NCBI GenBank assembly: GCA_001766825.1
Contig: LYOR01000001.1
Coordinates: 30,945-94,944, forward strand
Length of the DNA stretch: 64,000 bases
From: Candidatus Syntropharchaeum butanivorans
Lineage (GTDB): Archaea > Halobacteriota > Syntropharchaeia > Syntropharchaeales > Syntropharchaeaceae
Reading direction: 5' to 3'
Below, one piece after another: positions 1 through 8,800 of the stretch. The notes under the pieces were generated by a model, which made no database searches, was not told where the DNA came from, and saw only the letters and a list, made by a program, of their open reading frames with translations. Position numbers and translations under genes: made by a program. Numbering within the stretch: position 1 is the stretch's first letter; every line of letters begins with the position of its first letter.

Positions 1-129
1 GTGGTGGGCATACAGCCGGCAGTCGCGCTGACGCTCGTGGAGCTTGGGCTCAGGATAAGCTGGGGGGTTAAGACTGCACTTAACCTTGAGAAAGGGCTTG
101 AAATCCTTAGAAAGAAGAAAGACAAGTGA
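1..129 (+). CDS. STAS-domain protein (RsbS-like anti-sigma-factor antagonist), C-terminal fragment; 5' end lies outside the window
   Basis: Frame 1 reads VVGIQPAVALTLVELGLRISWGVKTALNLEKGLEILRKKKDK* and is open to the window edge. The GIQPxVAxTLVELGL block is the canonical C-terminus of RsbS/RsbR STAS domains. It sits immediately upstream of an RsbT-like kinase. Confidence 0.6.
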   Translation: MVGIQPAVALTLVELGLRISWGVKTALNLEKGLEILRKKKDK

Positions 130-139
130 GGATCACAGG

Positions 140-538
140 ATGGATGAGCAGACCATCGAGGTGAGGAGGGATATTGATGTAATCCTGGCCAGAAACGTGG
201 GTAGGAAGATGGCAAATGAGATCGGGTTTGGAGAGCTTGATCAGACTCGCATTACAACCGCAATCTCAGAGCTTGCCCGTAATATTGTCATTCATGCAAA
301 CAGAGGGAAGGTTGTGATCAGAGAGATCCAGAAGGGGGATAGAAGAGGGATTGAGGTTGTCTGTACAGACGATGGACCCGGGATCGAAGATATAGAGGCG
401 GCACTCAGGGATGGCTATACAACTGCAGGAGGGCTTGGGATCGGTATGACAGGCGCTAAGCGACTGATGGATGAGTTTCATGTGGAGTCTGTCGTGGGAG
501 TCGGTACCACGGTCATCGTGAAGAAGTGGTTGAGGTGA
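140..538 (+). CDS. RsbT-like serine kinase (GHKL/HATPase_c; anti-sigma regulatory factor family)
   Basis: MDEQTIEV...ARITTAISELARNIVIHA...GGLGIGMTGAKRLMDEFHVES aligns almost position-for-position with Bacillus RsbT (QARITTAISELARNI ... GLPGVKRLMDEF). ATG at 140 is in frame with the 86..538 ORF; the gene ends 11 nt after the STAS fragment. Confidence 0.75.
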   Translation: MDEQTIEVRRDIDVILARNVGRKMANEIGFGELDQTRITTAISELARNIVIHANRGKVVIREIQKGDRRGIEVVCTDDGPGIEDIEAALRDGYTTAGGLGIGMTGAKRLMDEFHVESVVGVGTTVIVKKWLR

Positions 539-1110
539 GGCTCGGTCTTGCAACACGTCCTGCTATAGGGTACACCGAGAACGGTGATGGACACTTCGTT
601 GAGCAGTGGGATGGCAAACTCCTTCTTGCAGTATTTGACGGACTGGGGCATGGAAAAGTAGCAGCAGAGGCGGCAGAGAGGTGTCGTGCGGTACTCAAGC
701 AGGTTTATCAGCGTAAGATACCGGAGATCTTTGAGGTTTGTCACGAGGAGCTCAGAAGGATGCGGGGGGTTGTGATGGGGATTGCACGAATTGAGCTTTC
801 CACACTCCTGCTTAATTACGCGGGGGTGGGGAACATCACGATGAAGATCGTGGGGCATGAGGAGAACACACACCTGATCTCGATGGATGGAATCGTGGGA
901 TACAACCTTCCAGGTATCAGGGTATTCCCGTATCAGCTCACCAGGGGGGATATCATCATGATGTACACGGATGGGATCTCCTCCTCACACCTCTCAGGAT
1001 ACTCAAAAGAGAAGATCAGATCGTATGATCCTCAGATTCTTGCAGAAGAGATCTTAAATAGATGTTCTAAACCGGAGGATGATGCAACAGTCCTTATTCT
1101 TCACGTATAA
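526..1110 (+). CDS. PP2C-type serine phosphatase (RsbX/SpoIIE-like)
   Basis: 194 aa. LLLAVFDGLGHGKVAAEAAE and YTDGISS are PP2C/SpoIIE metal-binding blocks. Size matches RsbX. It overlaps the upstream kinase by 13 nt (translational coupling). Confidence 0.65.
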   Translation: MVEVRLGLATRPAIGYTENGDGHFVEQWDGKLLLAVFDGLGHGKVAAEAAERCRAVLKQVYQRKIPEIFEVCHEELRRMRGVVMGIARIELSTLLLNYAGVGNITMKIVGHEENTHLISMDGIVGYNLPGIRVFPYQLTRGDIIMMYTDGISSSHLSGYSKEKIRSYDPQILAEEILNRCSKPEDDATVLILHV

Positions 1111-1213
1111 TCGTAAGGTTCTGGTCACATACTTCCCAAAACCATGGTGAGCAATGTTATATAGATGTACATCAAAACTATTATCCCATTCTTAGAGGAT
1201 AGGAGGTAATGTG

Positions 1214-1501
1214 ATGAGCAGATGGTTATGGCCCCAACCTGATAAAAAGAACTGGCTCGTGGTTACAGATGTAAAGAAAGGGATAATAAGGGTGTATAAC
1301 GAGAAAGGAGACCTCTTAACAGAAAAGAAAGATTTAAGTGAGGTTGTGGTTCGATTAATCGAGAAGAATTTCTTCGATACGGTTGGGATAAAGCTCTCCG
1401 AGCTTGGCGATCCCCTGAATCCCGTGTTCAGGACCGAGGAAGAGACGGGGAAGGGTGAAAAAAAAGGGGGGTTCGTGGAGCCTGACCCTATGTTTGCTTA
1501 G
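1214..1501 (+). CDS. hypothetical small protein
   Basis: ORF 1211..1501 with AGGAGG 7 nt upstream of ATG 1214 and an upstream TATA-like ttatatag. No recognisable domain. Confidence 0.35.
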   Translation: MSRWLWPQPDKKNWLVVTDVKKGIIRVYNEKGDLLTEKKDLSEVVVRLIEKNFFDTVGIKLSELGDPLNPVFRTEEETGKGEKKGGFVEPDPMFA

Positions 1502-2829
1502 GATTCGAGGGCACCTATCAGTTTCACAACCTTTGATACAAGATCTTTCCCTTCTTTTCCCGTTATCCTGATCATTGGCTCCTTGCCCATCCCTCCCAGA
1601 TCATAGATCACATCCGGAACATGTCCAAGCCTTTCTATAACTGACCTAACACCCCAGTCCATTGTCCTCTCACCTTCTGGCTCATCCTCCCGTACAAACT
1701 CTGCCATCTCAAGTCCGATATCAGAGCAGGCCCTTATTATCTCATCACTGTATCTCACATTACAGCAGGCTCTCATAGCAGGATCAAACCGCATCATGGC
1801 GAGGATCACTCTCGCAATGTGGTCACTTGCACCGAACTCAACCGGGCCAACCTGCACGGCACGGTTACCACACCGGACAATCCTCCCGCTCACAGCAGCA
1901 ACGTCATCCCTGGTAGCAGCACCCGGGATTGCAACAGCGATGTTTGACCCAACCTCCGGGAGAAATGGGACGAAGTTGTGTCTCAGGACCTCATCTACGG
2001 CAGCTTTTACATCTTCAAGCACGAGGTATCTATCTCTATCGCGAATAAGGCGCCCGGCGTGGTTGAGTGGTATGAGGCCCTTACCCACAGGATGAGCAAA
2101 CCTCATCGCATCTACCACGAATCGTTTTGCAGCGTTTGCAGCATCAATGAGGCTTTTTCCAGTTGCAAGATTCGCTGCTAAAGCCGCGGTATACGTACAG
2201 CCTGTTCCGTGCCAGTCACCCTCGATAAGCCCAAGCTCCCCACCGATAGTGCTGAACCGCCCATCCTGATCAAGGAGAAGGTCTGCCCCTTCAAGGTGTC
2301 CTCCTGTGATTATCACATTCTCTGCCCCGATCTTCTTTATTGCAATTGCAGCAGCCCTCTCATCTTCAATCGCCCTGATCTCAATCCCTGTAAGCATCTC
2401 TGCCTCGGGTATGTTCGGGGTTACAAGATATGCATGGGGTAAAAGCTCCGTTTTCAGCGTTTCAAGTGCGTCCGTATCAAGAAGTACGCCACCTGTGGAT
2501 GATTTTATCACAGGATCCAGTATGAAGGGTACCCTGAAACCGGATAACTCCTCAGCCACAAGCTTTATCACGTCACTTCCACCGAGCATCCCCACCTTTG
2601 CAAGCCTTACGTCCATATCCTCCATGATCGCCCTGATCTGCGAGCGAATGAGATCTGGGGGGAGATCATACCGCCTGATGAAACTTACTGTATTCTGGAC
2701 TGTTACCGATGTAATGACCGAGGCCCCATATACACCCATTACCTCAAACGTCTTGATGTCTGCCTGTATTCCTGCACCGGCAGAGGGATCAGACCCCCCA
2801 ACTGTGAGAAGAACACCACCATGGGACAT
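1498..2829 (-). CDS. thiDN: bifunctional ThiD/ThiN protein (hydroxymethylpyrimidine phosphate kinase fused to archaeal thiamine-phosphate synthase ThiN)
   Basis: 443 aa. N-terminus MSHGGVLLTVGGSDPSAGAGIQADIKTF...GVYGASVITSVTVQNT is the ThiD/PdxK signature. The extra ~180 aa C-terminal domain fits the archaeal ThiDN fusion. Confidence 0.8.
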   Translation of the reverse strand: MSHGGVLLTVGGSDPSAGAGIQADIKTFEVMGVYGASVITSVTVQNTVSFIRRYDLPPDLIRSQIRAIMEDMDVRLAKVGMLGGSDVIKLVAEELSGFRVPFILDPVIKSSTGGVLLDTDALETLKTELLPHAYLVTPNIPEAEMLTGIEIRAIEDERAAAIAIKKIGAENVIITGGHLEGADLLLDQDGRFSTIGGELGLIEGDWHGTGCTYTAALAANLATGKSLIDAANAAKRFVVDAMRFAHPVGKGLIPLNHAGRLIRDRDRYLVLEDVKAAVDEVLRHNFVPFLPEVGSNIAVAIPGAATRDDVAAVSGRIVRCGNRAVQVGPVEFGASDHIARVILAMMRFDPAMRACCNVRYSDEIIRACSDIGLEMAEFVREDEPEGERTMDWGVRSVIERLGHVPDVIYDLGGMGKEPMIRITGKEGKDLVSKVVKLIGALES

Positions 2830-2841
2830 CGATAGCTTACC

Positions 2842-3717
2842 TTACGTTCCCCGGATCACCTTCTCATACTCGATTCTGCCATCATAAATGATATTGGCAC
2901 TACCTGTGAGGTAGGCACCCTCCTCATCGAGAGATACCTTCAGCACCCCACCGAGTGCATGCACCGTGATCTCCTTCGAGGGATCAATCAGTCCCAGCTT
3001 ATCCAGCGCGTACACCGCGGCTATTGCACCTGTACCGCATGACAGGGTTTCCCCGACCCCACGTTCGTACGTCCTGATATCAATATCATCCTCCTCATTC
3101 ACCTCGACGAACTGGACGTTCGTGCGCTTTGGAAAAGCCTCATGATTCTCGATCAGACTGCCAAGGTGGTCAACATCTGTCCGGTACAGGTTATCCACAA
3201 CAACCACAGCATGCGGGTTTCCAACATTAAGCGCTGTGATCTTGATCGTTCCGACCTCATCATTTATGAATAGGTCTGTATTGATCGCAAACTCCCCCTC
3301 CCCTTCCATCGGAATCAGATCCCGCCTGAACTCTGCACGTCCCATGAACACCCTCACCTCCTTGACAACCCCATCATTCAGGATCACCTCCGGGGTGATC
3401 ACTCCCCCCAGCGTCTCAACAGTCATCTTCGTATCCTTGACAATCCCCCGCTCATAGACGTACTTTGCAAAGCACCTCATTCCATTCCCACACATCTCTG
3501 CCTCAGAGCCATCGGGGTTGAATATCCGCATCTGTATATCGCAGATGCCTGAGGGAGATATGAAAATCACACCATCTGCACCAACAGAGAACTTTCTCGC
3601 ACACACACGCGATGCGAAGGTGGGTTTATCCAGCTCTGGGACCACTTCTCCGTCCATCTCATTGATAACGATAAAATCATTGCCAGTGCCCTCTACCTTT
3701 GTAAACTCAACCTCCAT
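2842..3717 (-). CDS. dapF: diaminopimelate epimerase
   Basis: 291 aa. FTKVEGTGNDFIVI near the N-terminus, an internal CGNGMRC and a C-terminal SCGTGAIAAV are the two-cysteine DapF fold repeats. Confidence 0.8.
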   Translation of the reverse strand: MEVEFTKVEGTGNDFIVINEMDGEVVPELDKPTFASRVCARKFSVGADGVIFISPSGICDIQMRIFNPDGSEAEMCGNGMRCFAKYVYERGIVKDTKMTVETLGGVITPEVILNDGVVKEVRVFMGRAEFRRDLIPMEGEGEFAINTDLFINDEVGTIKITALNVGNPHAVVVVDNLYRTDVDHLGSLIENHEAFPKRTNVQFVEVNEEDDIDIRTYERGVGETLSCGTGAIAAVYALDKLGLIDPSKEITVHALGGVLKVSLDEEGAYLTGSANIIYDGRIEYEKVIRGT

Positions 3718-3737
3718 CGCTTATACCTCCCCATCGA

Positions 3738-4370
3738 TCATACAAGCTCGGTAAACACGATCGTTCCAGAGATCTTCTTAACCCGAACCTTGACAACCTC
3801 ACCCTTTTTGTTGTATGGGATGTAGAAGATGTATTTGTCCATCCTCGCGATGCCATCTCCTTTGCTACCTATGTCCTCTATCTTGAGCTCATAGACACCT
3901 CCGACCTCGACAAGAGGCGCCTTTTCGATCCTCTTTTGCCTGCTCCGCTTGAGAATTGAGCGATGTGCCCCACATGCGTCACACTTCAGCATCGTTATCC
4001 GCCCACTCTTGAGCAGGTGTGTATCAGGGCTGCCGCACTCAGAACATATCACATACTCCTCAAGATATGAATCAAGGAGCTTCTCGATGTTCTCCGGGTT
4101 GAACTTCCCCTGAAAGATCGCCCTGCTACCCTCAATCCTCCCTGCGGTACCAAGCTCTCTTAAAAGATACTTCATGAGGTGATCGGGGTCGCGGTTGATG
4201 TAATCGACGATAACCCCGAAGTTCTCAAAGATGGACGTCTTGCCCTCGATGAAAACACTCGGTGCAGGGATTGCAAACCTCGAGGTGGTATCTGCAATCG
4301 TTGGTATCTGCTTCAAAGCCCGGTCAAGCAGGGCGATGTATCCCTCACGGCTTGTTGTATCCATCACCAA
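3738..4370 (-). CDS. eif2b: translation initiation factor aIF2 beta subunit with C-terminal TRAM domain
   Basis: 210 aa. Central C4 zinc ribbon CSECGSPDTHLLKSGRITMLKCDACGAH typical of e/aIF2-beta. The C-terminal ~60 aa (VYELKIEDIGSKGDGIARMDKYIFYIP...KVRVKKISGTIVFTELV) reads as a TRAM beta-barrel. Confidence 0.75.
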   Translation of the reverse strand: MVMDTTSREGYIALLDRALKQIPTIADTTSRFAIPAPSVFIEGKTSIFENFGVIVDYINRDPDHLMKYLLRELGTAGRIEGSRAIFQGKFNPENIEKLLDSYLEEYVICSECGSPDTHLLKSGRITMLKCDACGAHRSILKRSRQKRIEKAPLVEVGGVYELKIEDIGSKGDGIARMDKYIFYIPYNKKGEVVKVRVKKISGTIVFTELV

Positions 4371-4418
4371 AACCTCTTACCTCTTTTTTACTCCTGAGAC
4401 TGGAAGGTGAGGTTGAGA

Positions 4419-4584
4419 TGGGGCTGGTGCGATTCGAACACACGACCGACGGGTCTCTCCGATCATCAGTGCTCCAACGGATCATCATAACGAAAGATCG
4501 CGTCCGATCTTTCGATTCAGCAGACCCGTTGTTCATCATATTACCGCTGGAGCCCGTCGCCCTTCCTGACTAGGCCACAGCCCC
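4419..4584 (-). tRNA. tRNA-Trp (anticodon CCA) with a ~93-nt intron carrying a box C/D sRNA
   Basis: Reverse complement: GGGGCTGTGGCCTAGTCAGGAAGGGCGACGGGCTCCAG[intron]..CCCGTCGGTCGTGTGTTCGAATCGCACCAGCCCCA. Acceptor GGGGCTG/CAGCCCC; anticodon stem ACGGG/CCCGT with loop CUCCAG; T-loop TTCGAAT. Intron contains ATGATGA (C), CTGA (D-prime), TGATGA (C-prime), CTGA (D). Confidence 0.8.
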
Positions 4585-4640
4585 TTCAACCACGTCTTAC
4601 TACACGTCGTTATAATTATATCTTTCGGAGGGGCACACGC

Positions 4641-5954
4641 CTAAGGCGAGAGCCTTCGCATATCCCTCGGGAAAAGAACCGCTTCCCTGATGTTCTCAAG
4701 CCCGAGCATCGTCATCAGTAGCCGCTCAAGTCCCAGCCCCCATCCAGAATGAGGGGGGATTCCGAACTTGAAGGCACGAAGGTAGAACTCAAAGCTATCA
4801 GGGTTGAGCCCCATCGCATCGATCCTTGATATGAGCAGGTCGAGATCGTGTATACGTTCGGATCCTGAAGCAAGCTCCATCCTCGGGTGCATGAGATCAA
4901 AACTCAAAGATATCTCTGGATTCTCCGCAGGTTGCGTGTAATATGGCTTTGAATCAGTTGGCCAATCGGTTATGAAATAGTGCTCACCGATGAGCCTCCC
5001 AAGTTCATGCTCACAGGATGCAGAGAGATCATCTCCCCAGACAAGCTCTGAGAACTCCGGGTTATCCGTACTTTTTAGAAGATCTATCGCCTCTGTGTAG
5101 GTGATACGCCTGAAGGGAGTATCTGGAACCTCAATCCTGATATCAAGATCTGAAAGCTCCTTTTCACACTCTCTCTTCACAGATTCATAGACCCTTGCAA
5201 TCAGGTCCTCGAGTATCCTCATTACATCTTCATAATCCATGAAAGATGCCTCAATATCGATTGATGTCGCCTCATTGAGGTGTCTTGTTGTATCATGCTC
5301 CTCTGCGCGGAATATCGGAGCAATCTCCCAGACCCGATCAAAACCCGCGGACATCATGATCTGCTTGAATAGTTGAGGGCTCTGACTCAGGAATGCCTCC
5401 CTGTTAAAGTATGTTATCGGGAATAAAGCTGTTCCACCCTCTGTTGCAGTTGCAACGATCTTTGGTGTGTTTATCTCGATGAACCCATGTTCTTTGAAGA
5501 AGTTACGAATTGTATCAAGCACATAGCTCCGTATCTTAAATATAGCGAGAACTTCGGGTCTCCTGAGATCCATAAAACGAGAGTCGAGCCTTGTATCAAG
5601 CTCAGCCTTCACCTTTCCGGTTGGATCAAGGGGCAGAGGGGAGTCGGCATAACTCAGAACCCTGATCTCATGGGGCAGGATCTCATAACCACCGGGTGCC
5701 CGTTCATCCTCCTTGATGGTGCCTGTTACCCTGATCACGCTCTCTCTTGATATGTGCTTAACGATTCCAAGTAGCTCTGCTTCTACCCTCTTCTTGGGGA
5801 GTGTGACCTGAGCAAAACCCTCTCTGTCCCTGAGTATAAGGAAGGTGATCCCCCCAAGATCCCGGATCTCATGAACCCACCCCACCAGGGTTGCCTTCTC
5901 ACCAGCCATTGATGGATCGATCTCTGCTGTGAATCGCCTCTCCATGATACTCAA
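4641..5954 (-). CDS. aspS: aspartyl-tRNA synthetase (archaeal type)
   Basis: 437 aa. N-terminal OB anticodon-binding region followed by class II motifs (FRAEE..., GLGLERLLM). Overall the archaeal/eukaryotic short AspRS architecture. Confidence 0.85.
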   Translation of the reverse strand: MSIMERRFTAEIDPSMAGEKATLVGWVHEIRDLGGITFLILRDREGFAQVTLPKKRVEAELLGIVKHISRESVIRVTGTIKEDERAPGGYEILPHEIRVLSYADSPLPLDPTGKVKAELDTRLDSRFMDLRRPEVLAIFKIRSYVLDTIRNFFKEHGFIEINTPKIVATATEGGTALFPITYFNREAFLSQSPQLFKQIMMSAGFDRVWEIAPIFRAEEHDTTRHLNEATSIDIEASFMDYEDVMRILEDLIARVYESVKRECEKELSDLDIRIEVPDTPFRRITYTEAIDLLKSTDNPEFSELVWGDDLSASCEHELGRLIGEHYFITDWPTDSKPYYTQPAENPEISLSFDLMHPRMELASGSERIHDLDLLISRIDAMGLNPDSFEFYLRAFKFGIPPHSGWGLGLERLLMTMLGLENIREAVLFPRDMRRLSP

Positions 5955-5972
5955 GCTACTTCAGGGATGCTT

Positions 5973-6377
5973 TTAAATCTTTTTGCAAAGCTCCCTGATA
6001 CCTGTAACCTCTCCGTCACCCCTTCTGATCCTGGCATCAACCATCAGTGGTATAGCACCAGAGGTTTCATCAAACGAGGCCAGCCTCATTGAGTAGATGC
6101 TTGGTGGCATAAGCCCAATCCCTCGATGCTCCTCCTTACTGCTTCTCCCAGTAACTACTATCTTGCCGTTCTCATTGAACAGGGTGACATTCATCCCATC
6201 TTTGATACTCCACGCCTTCATATCCTCTTTGTCAAGATAAACCACGGCAGAGAGATCCTGGTACTCCCGGGAGATTCTTCCCCTGCATGATTCAGCAGAC
6301 TGGAAAATATCGGAGATGATCAGGATCTTTATCTCATACTCAGGTGCCTGTATAAGCCTTGATATACCTGCCATCAC
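5973..6377 (-). CDS. fwdD: formylmethanofuran dehydrogenase subunit D (molybdopterin dinucleotide-binding domain)
   Basis: 134 aa. VYLDKEDMKAWSIKDGMNVTLFNENGKIVVTGRSS..HRGIGLMP is a Molydop_binding beta-barrel. It overlaps the FwdB-like gene upstream by 4 nt. Confidence 0.65.
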   Translation of the reverse strand: MMAGISRLIQAPEYEIKILIISDIFQSAESCRGRISREYQDLSAVVYLDKEDMKAWSIKDGMNVTLFNENGKIVVTGRSSKEEHRGIGLMPPSIYSMRLASFDETSGAIPLMVDARIRRGDGEVTGIRELCKKI

Positions 6378-7537
6378 AACCCCTCCAGTATCCTCGTGAG
6401 GACTGCTTCGTCAGATGGGGTATCCCTCTTTATGCAGGGTACAAGTTCAAACTCAACCCCGTCCATCCGCATAGCAGATCCCCCATTATCGACCCCGGCG
6501 ATCCCGGTATGGATCACAAGATCTGCAATCTCGGTTGTTGGGGTATCTCTGGGATCAATTACGATTGTCTGAATATCAAGGAGCTTTTTTGAGAGAGAAT
6601 AGGGGAGATCGCTCATCGGGTCCGCTCCAACGATAAGAGCCGCATCTATCCCTCCATCAAGAAGTGCCCGGAGGAATGATCCCTCAATCTGCCTCTGAGC
6701 TCTTTTCATCATCTCAACAAACCCCCTCATGTTGTATCCCTTGACCATAGGTATGAGATAAAACTCCCCGTACTCATTGAGCCCCTCCATAAACCAGATC
6801 AGTTTGTCCATATCTCGATTCAATCCATGAATCAGCCCGGATCCTGCGAAAATAACCCCAAAATCCGCTTTCTTAATCTCATTAGAAAATTTTAAAAGCT
6901 CCTTTGATCCTGGAGGCTTTCCAGAGAGGATACCGAGAATTTCATCCATCAGAGCAGGATCTTGCCCTGGACTCACCTTGAGAAACTCCCTGCAGACCTT
7001 CGCGGTGGGAGATCTGTAGATATCAATCGAGATCGCGTACCTGTCAAACTCCCACCCCTTCTGTTTGTGCTCACCCCTGGGAAAATACGAGAACCTGGAG
7101 AGGTGGCGGGGCTGCGAGCTCATCGCATCAGAACCCCAGAATATACTTATATCAGCTCGATCTCTCACATCATCGAGTGTGCATGTCTTAATCCGGGATG
7201 AGACCACGAAATTGAGCAGGTCTCCATACCTGATGCTGGAATAGTCCTCGATCATACATCCAAGCTTCTCTGAGATCTTGATTGCAATACGCTGTGCTTC
7301 GATCGTTGTGTTATCAAGACCGAAGATTGCAGGGCTTTTTGCATTCTTTAGGATCTCGATTGCCTCATCTATTGCTGCATCAAGATCATATGCAGGATGG
7401 TCTGGATTCAAAAAGAGTGATGCTCCTTTCCTGCATGCGTTTCCAACCTCTCTTATCTCTGACTCCTCTATCACAACCTCTATATCATCACACAGGCATG
7501 AGCAGCCCGGACAGGTGGCTGTTACTTGGGTAGACAC
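6374..7537 (-). CDS. fwdB: formylmethanofuran dehydrogenase subunit B (molybdopterin oxidoreductase family)
   Basis: 387 aa. N-terminal Cys cluster TCPGCSCLCDDIEV..GNACRKG matches the FwdB/FmdB start (CPFCGxLCDDI). The rest has a molybdopterin-oxidoreductase fold. Confidence 0.7.
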   Translation of the reverse strand: MSTQVTATCPGCSCLCDDIEVVIEESEIREVGNACRKGASLFLNPDHPAYDLDAAIDEAIEILKNAKSPAIFGLDNTTIEAQRIAIKISEKLGCMIEDYSSIRYGDLLNFVVSSRIKTCTLDDVRDRADISIFWGSDAMSSQPRHLSRFSYFPRGEHKQKGWEFDRYAISIDIYRSPTAKVCREFLKVSPGQDPALMDEILGILSGKPPGSKELLKFSNEIKKADFGVIFAGSGLIHGLNRDMDKLIWFMEGLNEYGEFYLIPMVKGYNMRGFVEMMKRAQRQIEGSFLRALLDGGIDAALIVGADPMSDLPYSLSKKLLDIQTIVIDPRDTPTTEIADLVIHTGIAGVDNGGSAMRMDGVEFELVPCIKRDTPSDEAVLTRILEGL

Positions 7538-7616
7538 TTATATCACCCCATCTTACTTATTGAGTATCTTAAATCCATCTTCTGAGTTGACTTTTCACAA
7601 TCATCAAACCAGCTAT

Positions 7617-8078
7617 TCACACAAACTCAATCGCGCCTGAGGGGCAAGTCACGATACAGAGATCACAGAGGATGCGATTTTTCCCGAATCGCCTGCATTC
7701 ATGGACGTTGGAGGCAACAACAACCCCATCCTTGACCCTGAGGATTACCCGATCATTCGTGGGCCCCCTGCCAACGGCAGTACCATGCGGGTCATTTGCG
7801 ACATTAACAGGGCATGCAACGACACAGTTACCACATCCCGTGCATTTATCCGTGTCAATTACAAGCCCTGTCTCTGTAGCACCTTCAACCGTTTCAAATA
7901 GCTCCTGGAGCTTACTTAGCTTGTCTTTATACCTGTCCTCCTCAAAGAGTGGTGTGCAGGCCTCAAGCCCCACCTCGCCCCTTATCAGCTTTACGGCAAA
8001 TGCCATGCAGGTTGATTCGCCGCACTTCTTGCAGTTTGTCATCGGAAGAAGCTGGTAGACCTCCATCGGCGTTGGCAT
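7617..8078 (-). CDS. iron-sulfur protein: N-terminal Fe-S-cluster domain (CdhE/AcsC N-terminus type) plus 2x[4Fe-4S] ferredoxin
   Basis: 153 aa. MTNCKKCGESTCMAFAVKL resembles the PF04060-type Fe-S domain. CTGCGNCVVACP and CDLCIVTCPSGA are classic 4Fe-4S ferredoxin motifs. Probably the electron-transfer partner of FwdBD. Confidence 0.6.
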   Translation of the reverse strand: MPTPMEVYQLLPMTNCKKCGESTCMAFAVKLIRGEVGLEACTPLFEEDRYKDKLSKLQELFETVEGATETGLVIDTDKCTGCGNCVVACPVNVANDPHGTAVGRGPTNDRVILRVKDGVVVASNVHECRRFGKNRILCDLCIVTCPSGAIEFV

Positions 8079-8116
8079 GGATGAAACTTCGTATGAGAGA
8101 TGATAAGGCTTTTGAT

Positions 8117-8800
8117 CTACCTCTCTGTCTCAAAAGAGATCGCACCCCTGCGGTGGCCTCTTGCTCTTTTATCAAGAAGATGGCGGGGTGTAACGCTAAG
8201 TGCATCCTTTGCCTCCTCCTGATTCATACCAAGAAGCTTTGAGAGTGAGATGATCTCTCTTGGTGCCCTTATATCGTATATAGACGACGCGCCACTTGTT
8301 ACAACAACCTGCATACGGTACTTTCTCGCAAGCCTCACGTTCTCACGCATCATGAAAAGTGATCTTGTCCGCCTCTTCCCCCTCCCATGGATTATATCAA
8401 AGAGATTAAGCTCGAGTGCAACTCCCTTCTTTGAGCCGAGCCGCATCATGATGTGGTTCATTCTGCCAGGATGTGAGAGAAGATCAACCCTCGGGTCACC
8501 GAGGGCAAGACGATCTATCACCTCATCCCCACCATGGACCGCGAGAAGATCGACCATGGGTCGAAACTTTCCGATGAGCCTGACAAGTTCACGGGGCGAT
8601 GATGCCCGGATCTCAACACCCTGATAAATGCTGAACCCGGGGGGTGGCTCAAGGTCAGGGGAGGAATACCACATGTCAGAATGGTTCAGTATCACACATC
8701 CACTGAATCCGAACTCCGAGAGTTTCTCGACCATGAGCTCAATCTCATCCTCCCCGTCAGGCCTGACATGGATATTAAGGTCAATGTAAGCCCGTTTCAT
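8117..8800 (-). CDS. rnp3: ribonuclease P protein component 3 (Rpp30 homologue)
   Basis: 227 aa. The C-terminal block VVVTSGASSIYDIRAPREIISLSKLLGM parallels Pyrococcus Rpp30 [27 protein letters not shown]. The earlier VALELNLFDII block matches the PHP/TIM-barrel core. Confidence 0.7.
   Translation of the reverse strand: MKRAYIDLNIHVRPDGEDEIELMVEKLSEFGFSGCVILNHSDMWYSSPDLEPPPGFSIYQGVEIRASSPRELVRLIGKFRPMVDLLAVHGGDEVIDRLALGDPRVDLLSHPGRMNHIMMRLGSKKGVALELNLFDIIHGRGKRRTRSLFMMRENVRLARKYRMQVVVTSGASSIYDIRAPREIISLSKLLGMNQEEAKDALSVTPRHLLDKRARGHRRGAISFETER

Noticed and set aside
266-873. Antisense ORFs 266..556, 478..873 and 513..698 inside the RsbT-like and PP2C genes
   Set aside because: They lie opposite strongly supported genes. 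Their translations are low-complexity and Ser/Pro/Arg-rich. These are typical shadow ORFs.
1796-2887. Plus-strand ORFs within the thiDN gene (1796..2095, 1978..2181, 2209..2442, 2306..2887)
   Set aside because: They are shadow frames of a well-supported 443-aa gene and have Ser/Thr/Pro-rich composition.
1498-2900. Possible TPP riboswitch upstream of thiDN
   Set aside because: Only 13 nt separate thiDN from dapF, and there is no room for a thi-box. Such riboswitches are also rare in methanogens.
4179-4573. ORFs 4179..4397, 4262..4573 and 4345..4539 across the aIF2-beta / AspRS intergenic region
   Set aside because: The region is occupied by the intron-containing tRNA-Trp gene. The translations have no protein-like features.
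7617-8078. Calling the 153-aa Fe-S protein CdhE/AcsC (corrinoid Fe-S protein)
   Set aside because: Only the N-terminal Fe-S domain is shared. The protein is far too short and continues as a plain 2x[4Fe-4S] ferredoxin.
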